NCBI GenBank assembly: GCA_030390025.1
Contig: CM059428.1
Span: 155,558,001 to 155,622,000, forward strand
Direction of reading: 5' to 3'
Origin: Squalus acanthias
Lineage: Eukaryota
Length of the DNA: 64,000 nucleotides
Below, piece after piece: positions 37,803 to 50,103 of this stretch; the first letter of the stretch is position 1, and each line of letters opens with the position of its first letter. Under the pieces are notes generated by a model. That model worked only from the letters and a program-made list of their open reading frames with translations, was not told where the DNA came from and did no database searches. The position numbers and the translations under genes are program-made.

Positions 37803-38860
37803 TGCTTAGTGGCAGGAGGCAGAGGGTGATGGTCGAAGGTTGTTTTTGTGACTGGAAGCCTGTGTCCAGTGGTGTACCACAGGGATCGGTGCTGGGTCCT
37901 TTGCTGTTTGTAGTGTACATTAATGATTTAGACATGAATGTTGGAGGTATGATCAGTAAGTTCGCAGATGACATGAAAATTGGTGGAGTGGTAAATAGCG
38001 AGGAGGGAAGCCTCAGGCTACAGGACGATATAGACGGGATGGTTAGATGGGCAGAACAGTGGCAAATGGAATTTAACCCTGAAAAGTGTGAGGTGATGCA
38101 TTTTGGGAGGACAAACAAGGCAAAGGAATACACAATGAATGGTAGGACCCTAGGAAGGACAGAGGATCAGAGGGACCTTGGTGTGCATGTACATAGATCC
38201 CTGAAGGCAGCAGAACAGTTAGATAAGGTGGTTAAAAAGGCATATGGGATACTTGCCTTCATTAGCCGAGGCATAGAATATAAGAGCAGGGAGGTTATGA
38301 TGGAGCTGTACAAAACGTTAGTTAGGCCACAGCTGGAATACTGTGTGCAGTTCTGGTCGCCACACTATAGGAAGGATGTGCTTGCATTGGAGAGGGTGCA
38401 GAGGAGATTCACCAGGATGTTACCTGGGCTGGAGCGCTTCAGCTAAAGAGAGACTGGACAGGCTGGGGTTGTTTTCCTTGGAGCAGAGAAGGCTGAGGGG
38501 GGACTTGATTGAGGTGTACAAAATTATGAGGGGGGTCGATAGAAAGGAACTTTTCCCCTTAGTAGAGGGGTCAATAACCAAGGGGCATAGTTTCAAGGTA
38601 AGGGGCAGGAGGTTGAGGGGATTTGAGGAAAAACTTTTTCACCCAGAGGGTGGTTGGAATCTGGAACTCACTGCCTGAAAGGGTGGTAGAGGCAGGAACC
38701 CTCACAACATTAAGAAGCATTTAGATGAGCACCTGAAACACCATAGCATACAAGGCTACGGACCAAGTGCTGGAAAATGAGATTAGAATAGATAGGGCTT
38801 GATGGCCGGTGCGGACATGATGGGCCGAAGGGCCTCTTTCTGTGCTGTATAACTCTATGC
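37803..38860 (+). mobile_element. 5'-truncated CR1 LINE (RT C-terminal half plus 3' UTR)
   Basis: GVPQGSVLGPLLF...KFADD...VRPQLEYCVQFWSP, and 3' end GGGCCGAAGGGCC...CTGTGCTGTATAACTCTATG. Confidence 0.92.
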
Positions 38861-38990
38861 TCTCTTTCACCCGCCTCCTTCAAACTGCCCATCCACCAGT
38901 ATTGAGTGAGTAAAATATGAAATTTCTCCTCTGATGCAGTTTGACTCTGAGTTCAAAGGAATAGGCTAGTTTAAATACAACTCCATCTTA

Positions 38991-39073
38991 ATGAGAAGTC
39001 GCACAACACCAGGTTATAGTCCAACAGATTTATTTAATTTTACAAGCTTTCGGAGCTGTCGCGCCACATCATG
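38991..39073 (-). mobile_element. Truncated/inverted copy of the 54711 family with a 12-bp target-site duplication
   Basis: GAGAAGTCGCACAACACCAGGTTATAGTCCAACAG...AAGCTTTCGGAGC, with AACTCCATCTTA at 38979-38990 and 39074-39085. Confidence 0.75.
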
Positions 39074-39949
39074 AACTCCATCTTAGGCAGCTTTGCTCAG
39101 GTCAATCAGGAAATGACTATCAAGACATTAACACTGTTTAATATAGTGTACTTTTATTTTTCCAATACTAAGCAAATCATTGAGGATGTAGGCTGTAAAA
39201 TGTTTTGACAAAGTGAAGCCAAGCTGGCTTAAGTCTTTATGAAAATATTTATGTAATGCGTACTGCCAAATATCTTCACTGCGGAAAGGGAGGTAGAGCA
39301 GAGGCTAGGTATTTACCCATCAGGAGAAAGGAAATTGAGGACGGGACCAGGAACTCTGCATCAGCACACCCACCATTAAATGTGTTATGCTCCAAAAATA
39401 TGCACAGGAACATTAATGATTACAATATATAGAAAATTTGTGGCGGAACAAAAAATTGAAAAGGATTTTAACAATTCTGAACTAATATTTAATATTGAAG
39501 CCTTTGTATTTAATTGGTCTGAGTCTCATACAGGAGGTTAGCTGAGTATACCTATTACAACAAGTGCTTATTTATAGCTGGAGGGGCTCTTATGATTGCA
39601 GCTGCCTGTCTTTGCTCTGGATAGGCATGTTTCATTGGGAGATCAAAATCCTGTGAGCTTTTTTTTCCTATTTCTGGTGGGTCTTCACCCCACTCCTTTT
39701 TCTGTGTCTGGTTAATTCTGTTCTTTACTCTGAGCCTCATGCCACCAAACATCCTACATGCTGCTTCAAAATGCTAGTTACTGAAACTTCCTTTTAAGAT
39801 GAATGTAATTGCTGCCAGGTCGCTTTTACTCTGCTCTAAGCTAGGAGGGAGAGGGAAAATTATGCAACAAAACCGATTTTGAGCTGCTATTGAGTTGAAG
39901 TTCAAAATGACTTTCTTAAGGATACATCAGTAAAACTGATTATTTGAAC

Positions 39950-40110
39950 ATTACCACTTTGCTGTTTGTGGGACTATGCTGTGTACAAATTGGCTGCCAC
40001 ATTTCCTACGTTACAACAGTGACTATACTTCAATAGTACTTTCTTGGCTGTACAGCGCTTTGGGATGTCCGGAGGTTGTAAAAGGCGCTATATAAATGCA
40101 AGTCTGTCCT
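39950..40110 (+). mobile_element. Deu-SINE 3' fragment
   Basis: GCTGTTTGTGGGA...AAATTGGCTGCCACATTTCCTAC...AAAGGCGCTATATAAATGCAAGTC. Confidence 0.75.
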
Positions 40111-40454
40111 TTTTCTTGTTGCCCCTGGTGGCATTCCACCAAATTTGATTTCTTTGCTTTTTTGATTTTGTACATAATGTTTCTAAGTTTGTAGTTATTG
40201 CCAACACCAGATTTGGCTGTGAGCAGTTTTGTTTTGTATGTACAATACCCTCTCGGAAAACTCTTGACATAGTGACATACCTTATTCATAAAGCTAATAG
40301 CAATTTGAAACATTCTATCTTTTTTCATATCCATTTAATAATATGGGTTGGTGCTTTCTTGGACAGTTAAATTGGGATCAATTTTATTTGAGTGCCTTTT
40401 GATATTTTTTTGGGAATGGGAACTGTATCTTTTAAAACTCTTTTTTTTTGGCAG

Positions 40455-40631
40455 AGATCCCAGACACAATCCCCTCCACCAAAGCCACCATCACCCAACT
40501 TTGAACTAGGGTTGTCCAACTTTCCTCCTTTGCCTGGAGCTGCAGGCAATCTGAAGACCGAAGAGGTTCTTGAGAACAGACTTTCTAACGTGGTCAAAGC
40601 AATTCCGAAAGAGAAGGCACAGATATTACAG
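40455..40631 (+). CDS. LARP4B: LARP4B exon (RSQTQSPPPKPPSPNFELGLSNFPPLPGAAGNLKTE...KEKAQILQ)
   Basis: cag|AGA acceptor, CAG|gtattg donor, phase 0 to 0. The 3' boundary could alternatively lie at 40616. Confidence 0.9.
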
Positions 40632-41399
40632 GTATTGTGATCATTTATTCTGCTTTTGAAGAACACTCATCGAGAGAGAATTATGAAATAGTTAATTATA
40701 AACTCTTATTGTTTTGAAACCATAGAAACAAAGTACAGCATTTGCCTGTCTTAAATATGATGCGGATTCTAGCCAGATGAGAATCAGTCAGGTCTGAACA
40801 AAGATGATTACATAATTCAGTTCAGTTAAATGGTTAAATTCAGACCAAGAATTCTGAGCAAATCTAGATTGGAGGGTATATGTAGAAAGCTTTGCACCAT
40901 TACTGAAGAGCCTTTACACCATGTAGAATGGAATAACAACTAGTGGAATATAGGAATGATGTACATGTCTCCCAAGCAGGTTGTTGTCGAGTCCCAGGAC
41001 TAATATCACCATTGGAGGTATTTTACTACTTTGAACTTCTTGCCTAATCTCTCACTCAATGTGCTGTGTCTTGGACCATTTGATAACTTAAACTGATCGT
41101 GTGGTAAATTATACCAGTATGGAGAGGAGACGTAGTATCTCTTAACAGTTATTTTAAAGGTGAAGGCTAGCTTTGGAGCCAAGATAACTTGAGCTTTACA
41201 GGCACAATGACTCCCAAAAGGCAGCATGTATCTTTCCTTGTTTTTCTTTGAAAACCACAAGCTATTTGAGTTGCAGAGCGCTTACCCTGAAACATCACTT
41301 CAATAATTTATATTTCTGTATTCTTCACACATATAGGAAGACATCTCAAGTATTTTATTTTACATTGAGAAATTTTAGATGCTGATCAGAAGGGCAGAA

Positions 41400-41915
41400 A
41401 ATGCAATTAGAGTAGGGTTGTAGTGGAGATTGAAGGCACAGTCAAAGAAAAGGGATTTGAGGAGGCTTTTGAAGGGAGGAAGGTGGCAAGGCGGAGGAAA
41501 CTGAAGCAGAGTTCCAAAATGCAGTGGCTAAATGGGTGTCTACCAATAATGGAGCCGGTGGACAAGGCATAGCCTGGTGTTAAAGGAGTAACAGGTGCAT
41601 AATGTTAGAAGACATCATTTAAGATAGATGGGGAGAAAGCCATGGGAGAATTGGAAAGCAAGGATAAGTCTTGTGAAATCAACACACTGGGGCACTGAGA
41701 GCCTGGAGAGGATTGGGGTTATGGGAGTGTTGGACATTGTGTGGGGAGAACATGGCCTGCAGTATTTTGCAAGAATTGTAACTTGTGCAGGCTTGAGTTG
41801 GGAAGGCCAACTGAAATGATGATGGACAAGTGAGTCTCGAGTTGAGAGCATCGACGAGGTATCCCAGTGGAGGTGGAAGAAAGCATCTTGGTAATGAGGA
41901 TATGGGTGAGCAAGC
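41400..41915 (-). mobile_element. Decayed L2 fragment
   Basis: Reverse complement of the 9625-10450 family (GAGGAGGCTTTTGAAGG, GAGTTCCA, GCAGTATTTTGCAAGAATTGTAACTT, GTCTCGAG). Confidence 0.65.
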
Positions 41916-41917
41916 TG

Positions 41918-42228
41918 AATTCGGAGGTGCTGTCTTTCAGATGAGACGTTAAACTAAGGTCCCACTTGCCCTTGCAAGTAAATGTAAAAGGGTACTATTC
42001 GAAGAAAAGCAGGGGAGTTCTCCTGGTGTCCTGGCCAATATTTATCCCTCAACCAACATTATTAAACAGATTATTTGATCTTGTATCTCATTGCTGTTTG
42101 TGGGCCCTGGATGTGTCAAAACTGGCTGCCACATTTCCCTACATTACAACAGTGACTACACTTTAAAAGTACCTCATTGGCCCTAAAGCATTTTTTGAGA
42201 GGTGCTATACAAATGCAAGTCCTTTTCT
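41918..42228 (+). mobile_element. Deu-SINE, 5'-truncated
   Basis: TCGGAGGTGCTGTCTTTCAGATGAGACGTTAAAC...GGTGTCCTGGCCAATATTTATCCCTCAA matches the other copies. Confidence 0.8.
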
Positions 42229-42836
42229 TTCCTTCTGAAATATATTGTTTATACTGTGAGGCTGTACTAATTTAACATGCTCATTTCAGTTTACATCACT
42301 TTATCTGGTTGCTGAGCACCTAGATTGCGTATACGAATTAGTACTTTAAAACATATTTGAGGCATCTAGATTGACCTGAACAGATCACTTATTGACACTG
42401 CCAGTGTATATTAACAAATGCCAAAATGTATATAATAATTAGCCCAGCTATCCATTTTCCAAATAGAAAACAGTTCACATTTTATATTTTGTGGCCAAGA
42501 TGAGACGGATGGACATTTCCATGTCTGAACAAGCCATTTTGGTCATTTGACATCAGTATTTTGCAATCTTAACTGAAGGAAATTGAGTGCAAAATTTATT
42601 CTCAAGTTCTCAGTGCAGTGCTTTGTGCAAGCATCTGAAGTGTAGTCATGAGTTGAAAGAGAATTGTGTTGGAGGTAAGGTTAATGCTTGTAACTAAATT
42701 GCAAGCAGAAAGATGACTAAGACCCGAGATCCAAATGGCAACTTGCTTGACTGTGAAGTCAGCTTGCTATATTTTCGACTGTAAGATCTCTGGACTAGTG
42801 TAAATAGGATTATAATACTGATCATTTTTATTTTAG

Positions 42837-42970
42837 AGTATAAATGTTGATGCAAGCACTAACACTATACCTTCGGGAATACCACGGGAGACATTGCCAT
42901 CCATATCTCCAACTGCACTGCCAGTGAGTTCTGAGGGCTCCCCTTCACCACCTCGTTCTCCAGAAATCAA
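42837..42970 (+). CDS. LARP4B: LARP4B exon (SINVDASTNTIPSGIPRE...SPSPPRSPEI)
   Basis: tag|AGT acceptor, AA|gtaagt donor, phase 0 to 2. DASxNT and SPSP align with human LARP4B. Confidence 0.92.
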
Positions 42971-43875
42971 GTAAGTTATTTAAATTCTGCCTATTGTTGG
43001 TACTGATGAGCCTTGTATGAGAGCATCTTTATATGTACCTATCTGTTGATGAACTTGTTTTAATTAAACAAAATGGAACTCCAGAAGGTAATTTAGTGAA
43101 CTTGCAACAACAGAAAATAATTGGGAACCTGCAAGGATCTCTTGTATGATGTATGCTGCAACACTAACTGCTTGGGCATTATCGTATTAAATGCTGTATA
43201 TTAGTAACCTCCACAGAAGCCTTTTTTAAAACTCTAACCAATTGCCTTTGCTCATCCTGGTAAATCGGTAATGACCTGTTTGGTAAATTGCTAGTTTCTT
43301 GAGGTTTTTCTATGGAGAAATGATTCTCAAACTCAGTCGGGCTGCGTCAACCACTAGCTATACATACTGAGATTTATGTTTGCAGGGTTTCCAGGGACAC
43401 ATTACCTAATTAATTATTTCCACTTGTGTGCATTTTCCAACATTTTGGCGTAGACTTTGTAATATATATGTAAACCGTTTTTATGTGTGCATATACTTCA
43501 TATGTCCTAACTCCGAATTGAGAGGATAGTAAGAGTGAATCATGTATGCATAATAATCTATTCTTTGAAGTTCTTTGCTGATCTTTCACTCCAGATTATC
43601 TGTTTTTCTCCCGTGTGTATGTAATTTGCTTTATTTATCAATGACCGACTCCCCTTTCCCCTCGCAACCCCCTCCAAAGCAAAATTGAGCGATGTTGAAT
43701 TATCTCATAATTGCCTTAATATGCAGAATTTCCCTTTTATGTACTCTTAATTGTGTGGCAATTAGCATTGATAATTGCATAAATTTTTTTTTTTTTAAAA
43801 ATCCTCATAGGAGGATACCAGACACTACTGGGGCTTTTTAATCAAGTTTCTTTGATCTTTCTCTCCTTTTCTCTT

Positions 43876-43895
43876 CCCCCCCCCCCCCCCCCCCC
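43876..43895 (+). repeat. C20 homopolymer
   Basis: Read directly from the sequence. Confidence 0.95.
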
Positions 43896-44587
43896 TCGCC
43901 ATCCTGCATTTAATTATTAAATTCAGTTGTTCGTAGACATGGGTTCATTCATGATATCACCATGTATGAAGCTTTGTAGATTGTTAATCAGACAGGCAGG
44001 AGGCAAACATGTGCCGAGTAGCAGGAAGCAACGCATCATTAGGGTGAAAGGGAGCAATTGATTAGCAGTTGGGAAACTTTTTCCATGCTGCTCACTGCAC
44101 CCCAGTGTTTGAGGGTCAATGCTACAGAGCACTGCCTGTTTATAGTATTAAAAAGGAGTCACTTAAAGCTCCTTTTAACCAGAATGACTCAACTTGCTGT
44201 GTTTTAGGCATGAAGTGGAAATAATGATTCGAAATGGTGATAAGGGATGAAAGTTTGGGTTCTACTATTTTTATCCCCAAGATATATTTCCTGTCAAGAC
44301 TCTCGCAACCAGACATGAGTGTTGAATTGGCCAGTAATCTTGGAACTGTACCTTTCAAGCTTCTACTAGGAGTTCTGCTTTCAGCTGGAACAGCTAATAC
44401 ACATCTGCCAACCTTTTTGGAGGAACAACTTGGGATTTAGTAATAAAACATTTTTTGGTGTTTCCTGACGTGTTGGAATAATTTAGATTTTTAACATCAT
44501 TTTCAGCGTTCTGAGTCTCAAATGTCTGCCAGCCACTCAGTTGGCATCAGCTATGGCCCAGCAAGCAGCCCGGTAGAGTCTGAACAA

Positions 44588-44770
44588 AAAGCAAAATACT
44601 GTAGATGCTGGAATTCAAAACAAGAACCATGCTGGAACTAGTGAGCAGGTCAGGCAGCATCTGTGGAGATAGCAGACAGGTTGACATTTTGGCTTTGGAT
44701 CTTTGGAACTTATGTTGGGTCAGGCAGCATCGACGGACAGCAGTGTCTCCAGTATTCTGGTTTTTGTTTC
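44588..44770 (-). mobile_element. Decayed copy of the 49941 Penelope-like family (further remnants at ~62015-62100 + and ~4405-4480 +)
   Basis: AAAATACTGTAGATGCTGGAA...GCAGGTCAGGCAGCATCTGTGGAGA. Confidence 0.65.
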
Positions 44771-46929
44771 TGTGGAGTCTAACTTCGTTTGACTTACCTT
44801 TCTGATCTCGGAATGGAAAACTTGTCCCTATCAGAATCGGTGCAGCCACTCGTAAGAAAAGCTTGCTATAACTCCAGTTTGATCACCACATAATATTTTC
44901 AGCATCTTCACTGGCCAGCTATAAGGAGGTGCGGTGAAAAGTCCAGGCACTTCTCCATAGGGAAGAAAAGCAAATTGTAGCGTTTTACTCACGCAGAGAT
45001 AGTTTTACACAGTAGCCGTGTTACAGGCTGAGGGCATGTGTCTCAGTTATAGGAGGTATTTGGCTTTGAGAGACTGCAGGAGGGAAAAATAGGGGACAAA
45101 GTCACCAAAAAGATGGCATTAGCTTTGAGTCTGTTTTTCAGTTTTTGGTGTTACTTGTTTTTATAGCCTTCTGATTGCTTTTGCACTGCTCTGTTGTCCC
45201 CTATCCCTGTATAAATTAAAGGTCAGTCCAGCTTGATGTTCTCTCTTCCTAATGTATTAAATTACATTTCCAGCAGGTGGTGCCCATTGCCAGTTTCTTC
45301 CCTCCAAAAATCATGCACTTTGTGTTCAGTGCACCAGTTAGATTTAATTAAGGTTTCACTGGTTCTATCATGGACAAATTGATTATTTTGCACACTATTT
45401 ACAGTAAAAATACAGTTTGCAAAATTAAATGTCATGAAGCTGTTGATAAAATGTAGTTCTTGCAGCCAATCAGTGTAATGAAATGTTAACTACTGTTTAT
45501 TTTTATTAACTCTGAATTTCATTCATGTCCGTGTTGTGTATTGGGTAATTCCTTTGTTTAAATAGCTAACAGATCCTCTTCCTACAATCATCACATGATG
45601 GAGCTTTGTCTTTTCTTTAGTGACAAGGATTCTTGCAGTCCTGCCTAGTTTCCAGTTTTAAAACCTGTTTTCAGTGCCATGCATGCATTCAGATAACAGA
45701 TTCTCACAGGGGTATCTTCCATCATCGTACAACTTGAAGTATGAAACATAGGACAAGGTTTGATATGACTGATTCCTTTGCTGAAAGGTGACCCTCTGGG
45801 CCGCCCAGTTCAAGATAGAATCGCTCATTCACTCCAGAGGTAGCACTGGGGAATGTTTTTTGAACCTTTCCATTATGATGTGCACAAGATGAACCATATT
45901 CAAAGTGTGTGCATATGACTGAGAGAGTGGTCCCGAGTTCCATCTCCAACATCAGTCACCACAGGCCCCATCTTTAGAATTAGCCACCTGTCTGTCTCTT
46001 CCAGTTGTGATCAGAGCTTCTAGGTAACCAATTGATAGTCAGCTTATTCATTGCTCCCATAGCAGTCAAAGCAGCTACCTTTGTTCTGGAATCAGTCTTT
46101 ATTGCCAAGACCCTGGCAACCAGTGGCTCATACCAGAATGGACCTGCTGATAAATTTAGCATGAGGAAGTAGGAAGCTAATCAAGTAGCCACCCCACAGG
46201 GAATTAGTAAAGGTAACTTTTTGTAGTTTTTCCAGTTATCAAAGCTTATTGCAGACTATGGTGAAGTTTGTCAAAATATCTACCTTGATTAACCCAAGCA
46301 GGGCCATCCTATAGAGCCTCAGACCTGCTTTAGACAGTGATGGACCTCAGCAGCTTTGGTGTTGCCAGGAGTGAGTGCTGTTTTATCCAAGTGTCCAAAG
46401 CAACTAATTTTGCAAAAATACAGACTCTTCTGTTTTCTGAGGCAGGACGATGACCTGGGCAAGACCTGTTGTGCATCAGTGATAATTTTTTATGTTTATA
46501 AGTAAGAGGACCATAAGACCTTGTTGGGGAAAGCTACAGAATATGATCAAAGCCCTATCAATATCCTGAAGCCCATATTGCTTGGAGTAAGTCAGATGGT
46601 TGAACTCTATAATGAACAAAGCAAAGGTTAAAATAACAAGGAAGGAAGCACAGGATTTGCACTTTCAATTGGAGGAACAGATTTATTGAGTTGGGATCTG
46701 TCCAGGGTGTGATTTGGCACCAGAGGTTTGGAAGAAATTGAATTCTCACATGACCTTAATATTGAACAACAACTTTAGTTTACTGGTGTTTGTTTCTAAT
46801 GAGTACAGGGAGAAACCAAGCTAGTTATTGGCATTTACTCTGAGGAAGCAACAAGGGTTTATATGATCCTTTGATAATTTTCCCTCTGGTGATTGATTCT
46901 TACAAGCCTATGCTTCATGCGAACAAAAA

Positions 46930-47400
46930 TAGGCTCTTCAGTTTCAAGCCAGTTGTGCCATTCAATTAGACTATTGCTGATCAGTACCTCAACTCCATTT
47001 ACCTGACTTTTTGTTCCATATGCTTGATATTCTTGACAAATAAAGATATATTGATCACAGTCTTGTAAATTTTAATTGACCCAGCATCCATAGCCTTTTG
47101 AGGGGCAAGTTCCAGATTTCCAGTGTGAAGTGCTTCCTGATTTCTCTCCTAAATAGCCTAGCTCTTCCCCACCACAGAATCATAGAATAATACAGCCCAG
47201 AGGAATTAGTTTCTCTGTATCTACACTATCGAATCCCTTTATCATTTTAAATACTAAAAGATTAGATCATCCCTCAAGGAATGCAAGCCAAGTTTATGAA
47301 ATCAGCCCTCATAATTGAACCCTTTAAGTTCTGGTGAATCTGCACTGTACCTCTTCCAAGGCCAATCTATCCTTCCACATGGGTTCTGTGCCCAAAAATG
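46930..47400 (-). mobile_element. Decayed CR1 fragment
   Basis: ACCTCAACTCCATTTACC...GTTCCAGATTTCCA...TTCTGGTGAATCTGCACTGTACCTCTTCCAAGGCC. Confidence 0.72.
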
Positions 47401-47643
47401 AACAGGTTGTGTTTGTTGCTATTCTGCATATAATGTGATTTTGACCTCTTTTTACTTCTGGGAGGGGAGCAGGTTGCTCACATTGCTATATAACATAAAA
47501 TTGAAAAATAGAATGGAGGCGGGGTGGTGACACGTAACAGTGATCTGAACTAGATATCTTCTTGCACGTGCACTTCACTTTGCGGAAACCAAAAAAAAAT
47601 GGCGTGCCTCCTGTAGTTTAAGGAAGGGTAGCAGTCTGCACTG

Positions 47644-47659
47644 GTGTCACCTAGTGGCC
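47644..47659 (-). promoter_or_regulatory. Candidate CTCF binding site
   Basis: Minus strand GGCCACTAGGTGACAC differs from the consensus CCASYAGRKGGCRS at one position. Motif match only. Confidence 0.45.
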
Positions 47660-47757
47660 TTTATGCACTGCAACAGGATTATTTTTTAGGAAGAATGTTC
47701 ATAGTTGGTGTTTATAACAAAAATGAAAGTTACATTTGTGGTCTTTTATTTTTATAG

Positions 47758-47869
47758 TGAAACAAAGAGCCAAGAAACCAAGCAAAGAGAAACACAGACT
47801 CCCTTGGAAAGACTGACTACACCTCTATCTACTGCAAGTAAATCAGTACAGGTCAATGGAGCAGCCACA
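47758..47869 (+). CDS. LARP4B: LARP4B exon (ETKSQETKQRETQ...KSVQVNGAAT)
   Basis: tag|T acceptor, ACA|gtaagt donor, phase 2 to 0. KSVQVNGAAT is identical to LARP4B. Confidence 0.95.
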
Positions 47870-48884
47870 GTAAGTGTTTTCTGGGAGGGAGGAAATTGAT
47901 TTTATTGGTATGTACAACAACTTGTGATTTAAAAAAAAAAAAATGTAGCTGCTATTTGATCCAATTGATTCTTGCCAAATTTTGCGTCCAGGTATTCCCT
48001 ACTTTCAAATTCGTTTGACTACTTCCAAATCTTTTCAACAGTCCAAAACAAAATTTGCCAACTTACTTTGGTCTCAATGGTTTCTATCTGAGTTGGTGTT
48101 GCAGTGATGGGAGCAGCTTTAAATCAGAAAAGTGAAATCGAGGAATTGACTTGGCATTGCCTGACTGAAGATGCATATTATCTGTTGAGACTGAAAACTA
48201 GTTATCAATTCTTATTGAAGCACAAGTGGTAGTGTACTAATGAACTACATGGAGTGGTAGAATCGGGGGTGTCCCACATGTTCTTAATCTCCTCCTTAGA
48301 GTGAAGTATCTCAGTTTTTAGTAGATTTTGGCTTAAAATGTCCTTGAAAACTAGCATTGTTTTTTACTGTTAGTTTTAATTTAAAATGAAGTTTTCACAT
48401 TCTTGAATGTTGGGTCTCCCATAGATATTCTTTTGGGTACTCCTGTAACTGGTCCGAGCATCTTGCTTTCAGGGGGGTCCTGGTACCGCCAATTGTCTAT
48501 TTACGCAGTAGCTTAACCCAGGGGTGTAACCCTTTGTGATCTAAACTGGATGTCTTATTGCACATACCTTCGTGCACTTCTCCATTTTTTTTCTCTCCAA
48601 AGGCAGACTGAAAAACACTAGTGAGATGAGGCCTGATGCAAATTGTTAAGCTGCTTTATTTTAGAGAGCGCAAATGAATGTACACAGTAACAGTGATCAA
48701 ATCGCACTCTACTAACTACAGAGCCCTCTGAGAACAAAAAACTAAGTCCTACCTCTTGTTAATAGGTTTGCTTAACTTTTCCTGGTCAGGCTTCTGATTC
48801 CAACTGCATCTCGGCTTGAGTTGTGAGTTTCCCTTGCTAGGCCAGGCTCCTTCCCTAACCTACCTGGTTGTCTAGCTGTCCATG

Positions 48885-49770
48885 TGTCATAGGAACAGCC
48901 ACTCAGCCCCTCGAGCCTATACCACCATTCACTTAGATCACAGCTGGTCTGTACCTCAACTCCATTTACCCGCCTTCATTCCATATCTCTCGATACCCTT
49001 ACCTAACAAAAATCTATTGATCTTAGTCTTGAAAATTTCAGTTGACCCAATATGCACAGCCTTTTGGGGGAGCGAGTTCCAGATTTCCACTACCCTTTGT
49101 GTGAAGAAGTTCTTCCTGATTTCACTTCTAAATGGCCTAGCTCCACCATGCTAGTGGACTCCATGAAAAAAAATTCAGCTAGATTCATCAAACATGACCT
49201 ACCTGTTGCAAATCTATGGCGACTCTCTGATCTGCTCATACTTGTCCAAGTGCTCAGTCACTCTTGTCTCTGATTGATAGATTCCAGTAATATCCCCTCA
49301 ATTGATAAGTCTGTAGTTACCTGATATCTTCCTCTCTTCTATCTTAAGTAATGGAGTGACATTTGCAATTTTCCAGTCCAAAGGCACTATTCCTGAATCT
49401 AGAGAGCTTTAGAAAATTATGGCCAACTCATCTGCAATTTCTTTCAATATCCTGGGGTGGAAACCATCAGGTCCTGGAAATTTGTCTATCGTAAGTCCCA
49501 TTATCATCTCCATTACTATTTTTATAAAAAATTTTTAAAAACTTGCGTTGAATCCACGAAGTTCCTCTCCTTGACTTATTTTTAGGTTCCCTTGTAGCGC
49601 TGGTATTTTGTCATCTTCCTCCACTGAAAACTGATGCAAAGTATTCATTTAATTAATCTGCCATTTTCTTATCCATTATAGTCTCGCCTGCATCTGTCTG
49701 TAATAGGTCCCCATTACCACTTTCTCAATATATTTATAAAAACTTTAGCTGTTGGCTTTGATGTCCCTTG
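48885..49770 (-). mobile_element. Decayed CR1 fragments (3' end joined to RT/endonuclease pieces)
   Basis: CR1 3' end at 48885-49140, followed by reverse-strand remnants such as TGACATTTGCAATTTTCCAGTC and GGGGTGGAAACCATCAGGTCCTGG (SPGPDG-like motif). Confidence 0.7.
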
Positions 49771-49940
49771 CAAATGTTTTATTCCCCCACCCCTCCACAA
49801 AAAAATCCGAGACTTCAGCCTGTGTCTTTTGTAAACCTGTGCAAATACACTATTTTAAATACAACAGTTAAATATAATATTCAGAATTCCTGTTTTTTTT
49901 AAAAAAAAATTATAACTCATGATGGTCCACAAGTTCTGTT

Positions 49941-50103
49941 AAGTAAAATACTGCAGATGCTGGAAATCTGAAATAAAAACATAAAATGCTGGAAATACTC
50001 AGCAGCTCAGGCAGCATCTGTGGAGAGAAACAGAGTTAACGTTTCAGGGCGATGACCTTTCGTCAGAACCCAGTATTTGCAGCATTTTCTGTCTTTTTAT
50101 TTG
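49941..50103 (-). mobile_element. Penelope-like terminal-repeat insert (same family as ~19770-19880) with an intact minimal hammerhead core
   Basis: Reverse complement reads GTT-CTGACGA-A-AGG(TCATCGC)CCT-GAAA-CG-TT-AAC. It has a short inverted end and the direct repeat AGTTCTGTT (49932-49940, 50104-50112). Confidence 0.75.

Noticed and set aside
48410-48880. Possible solo LTR on the - strand
   Set aside because: Only a reverse AATAAA and general composition support it. I could not establish TG...CA termini or a target-site duplication.
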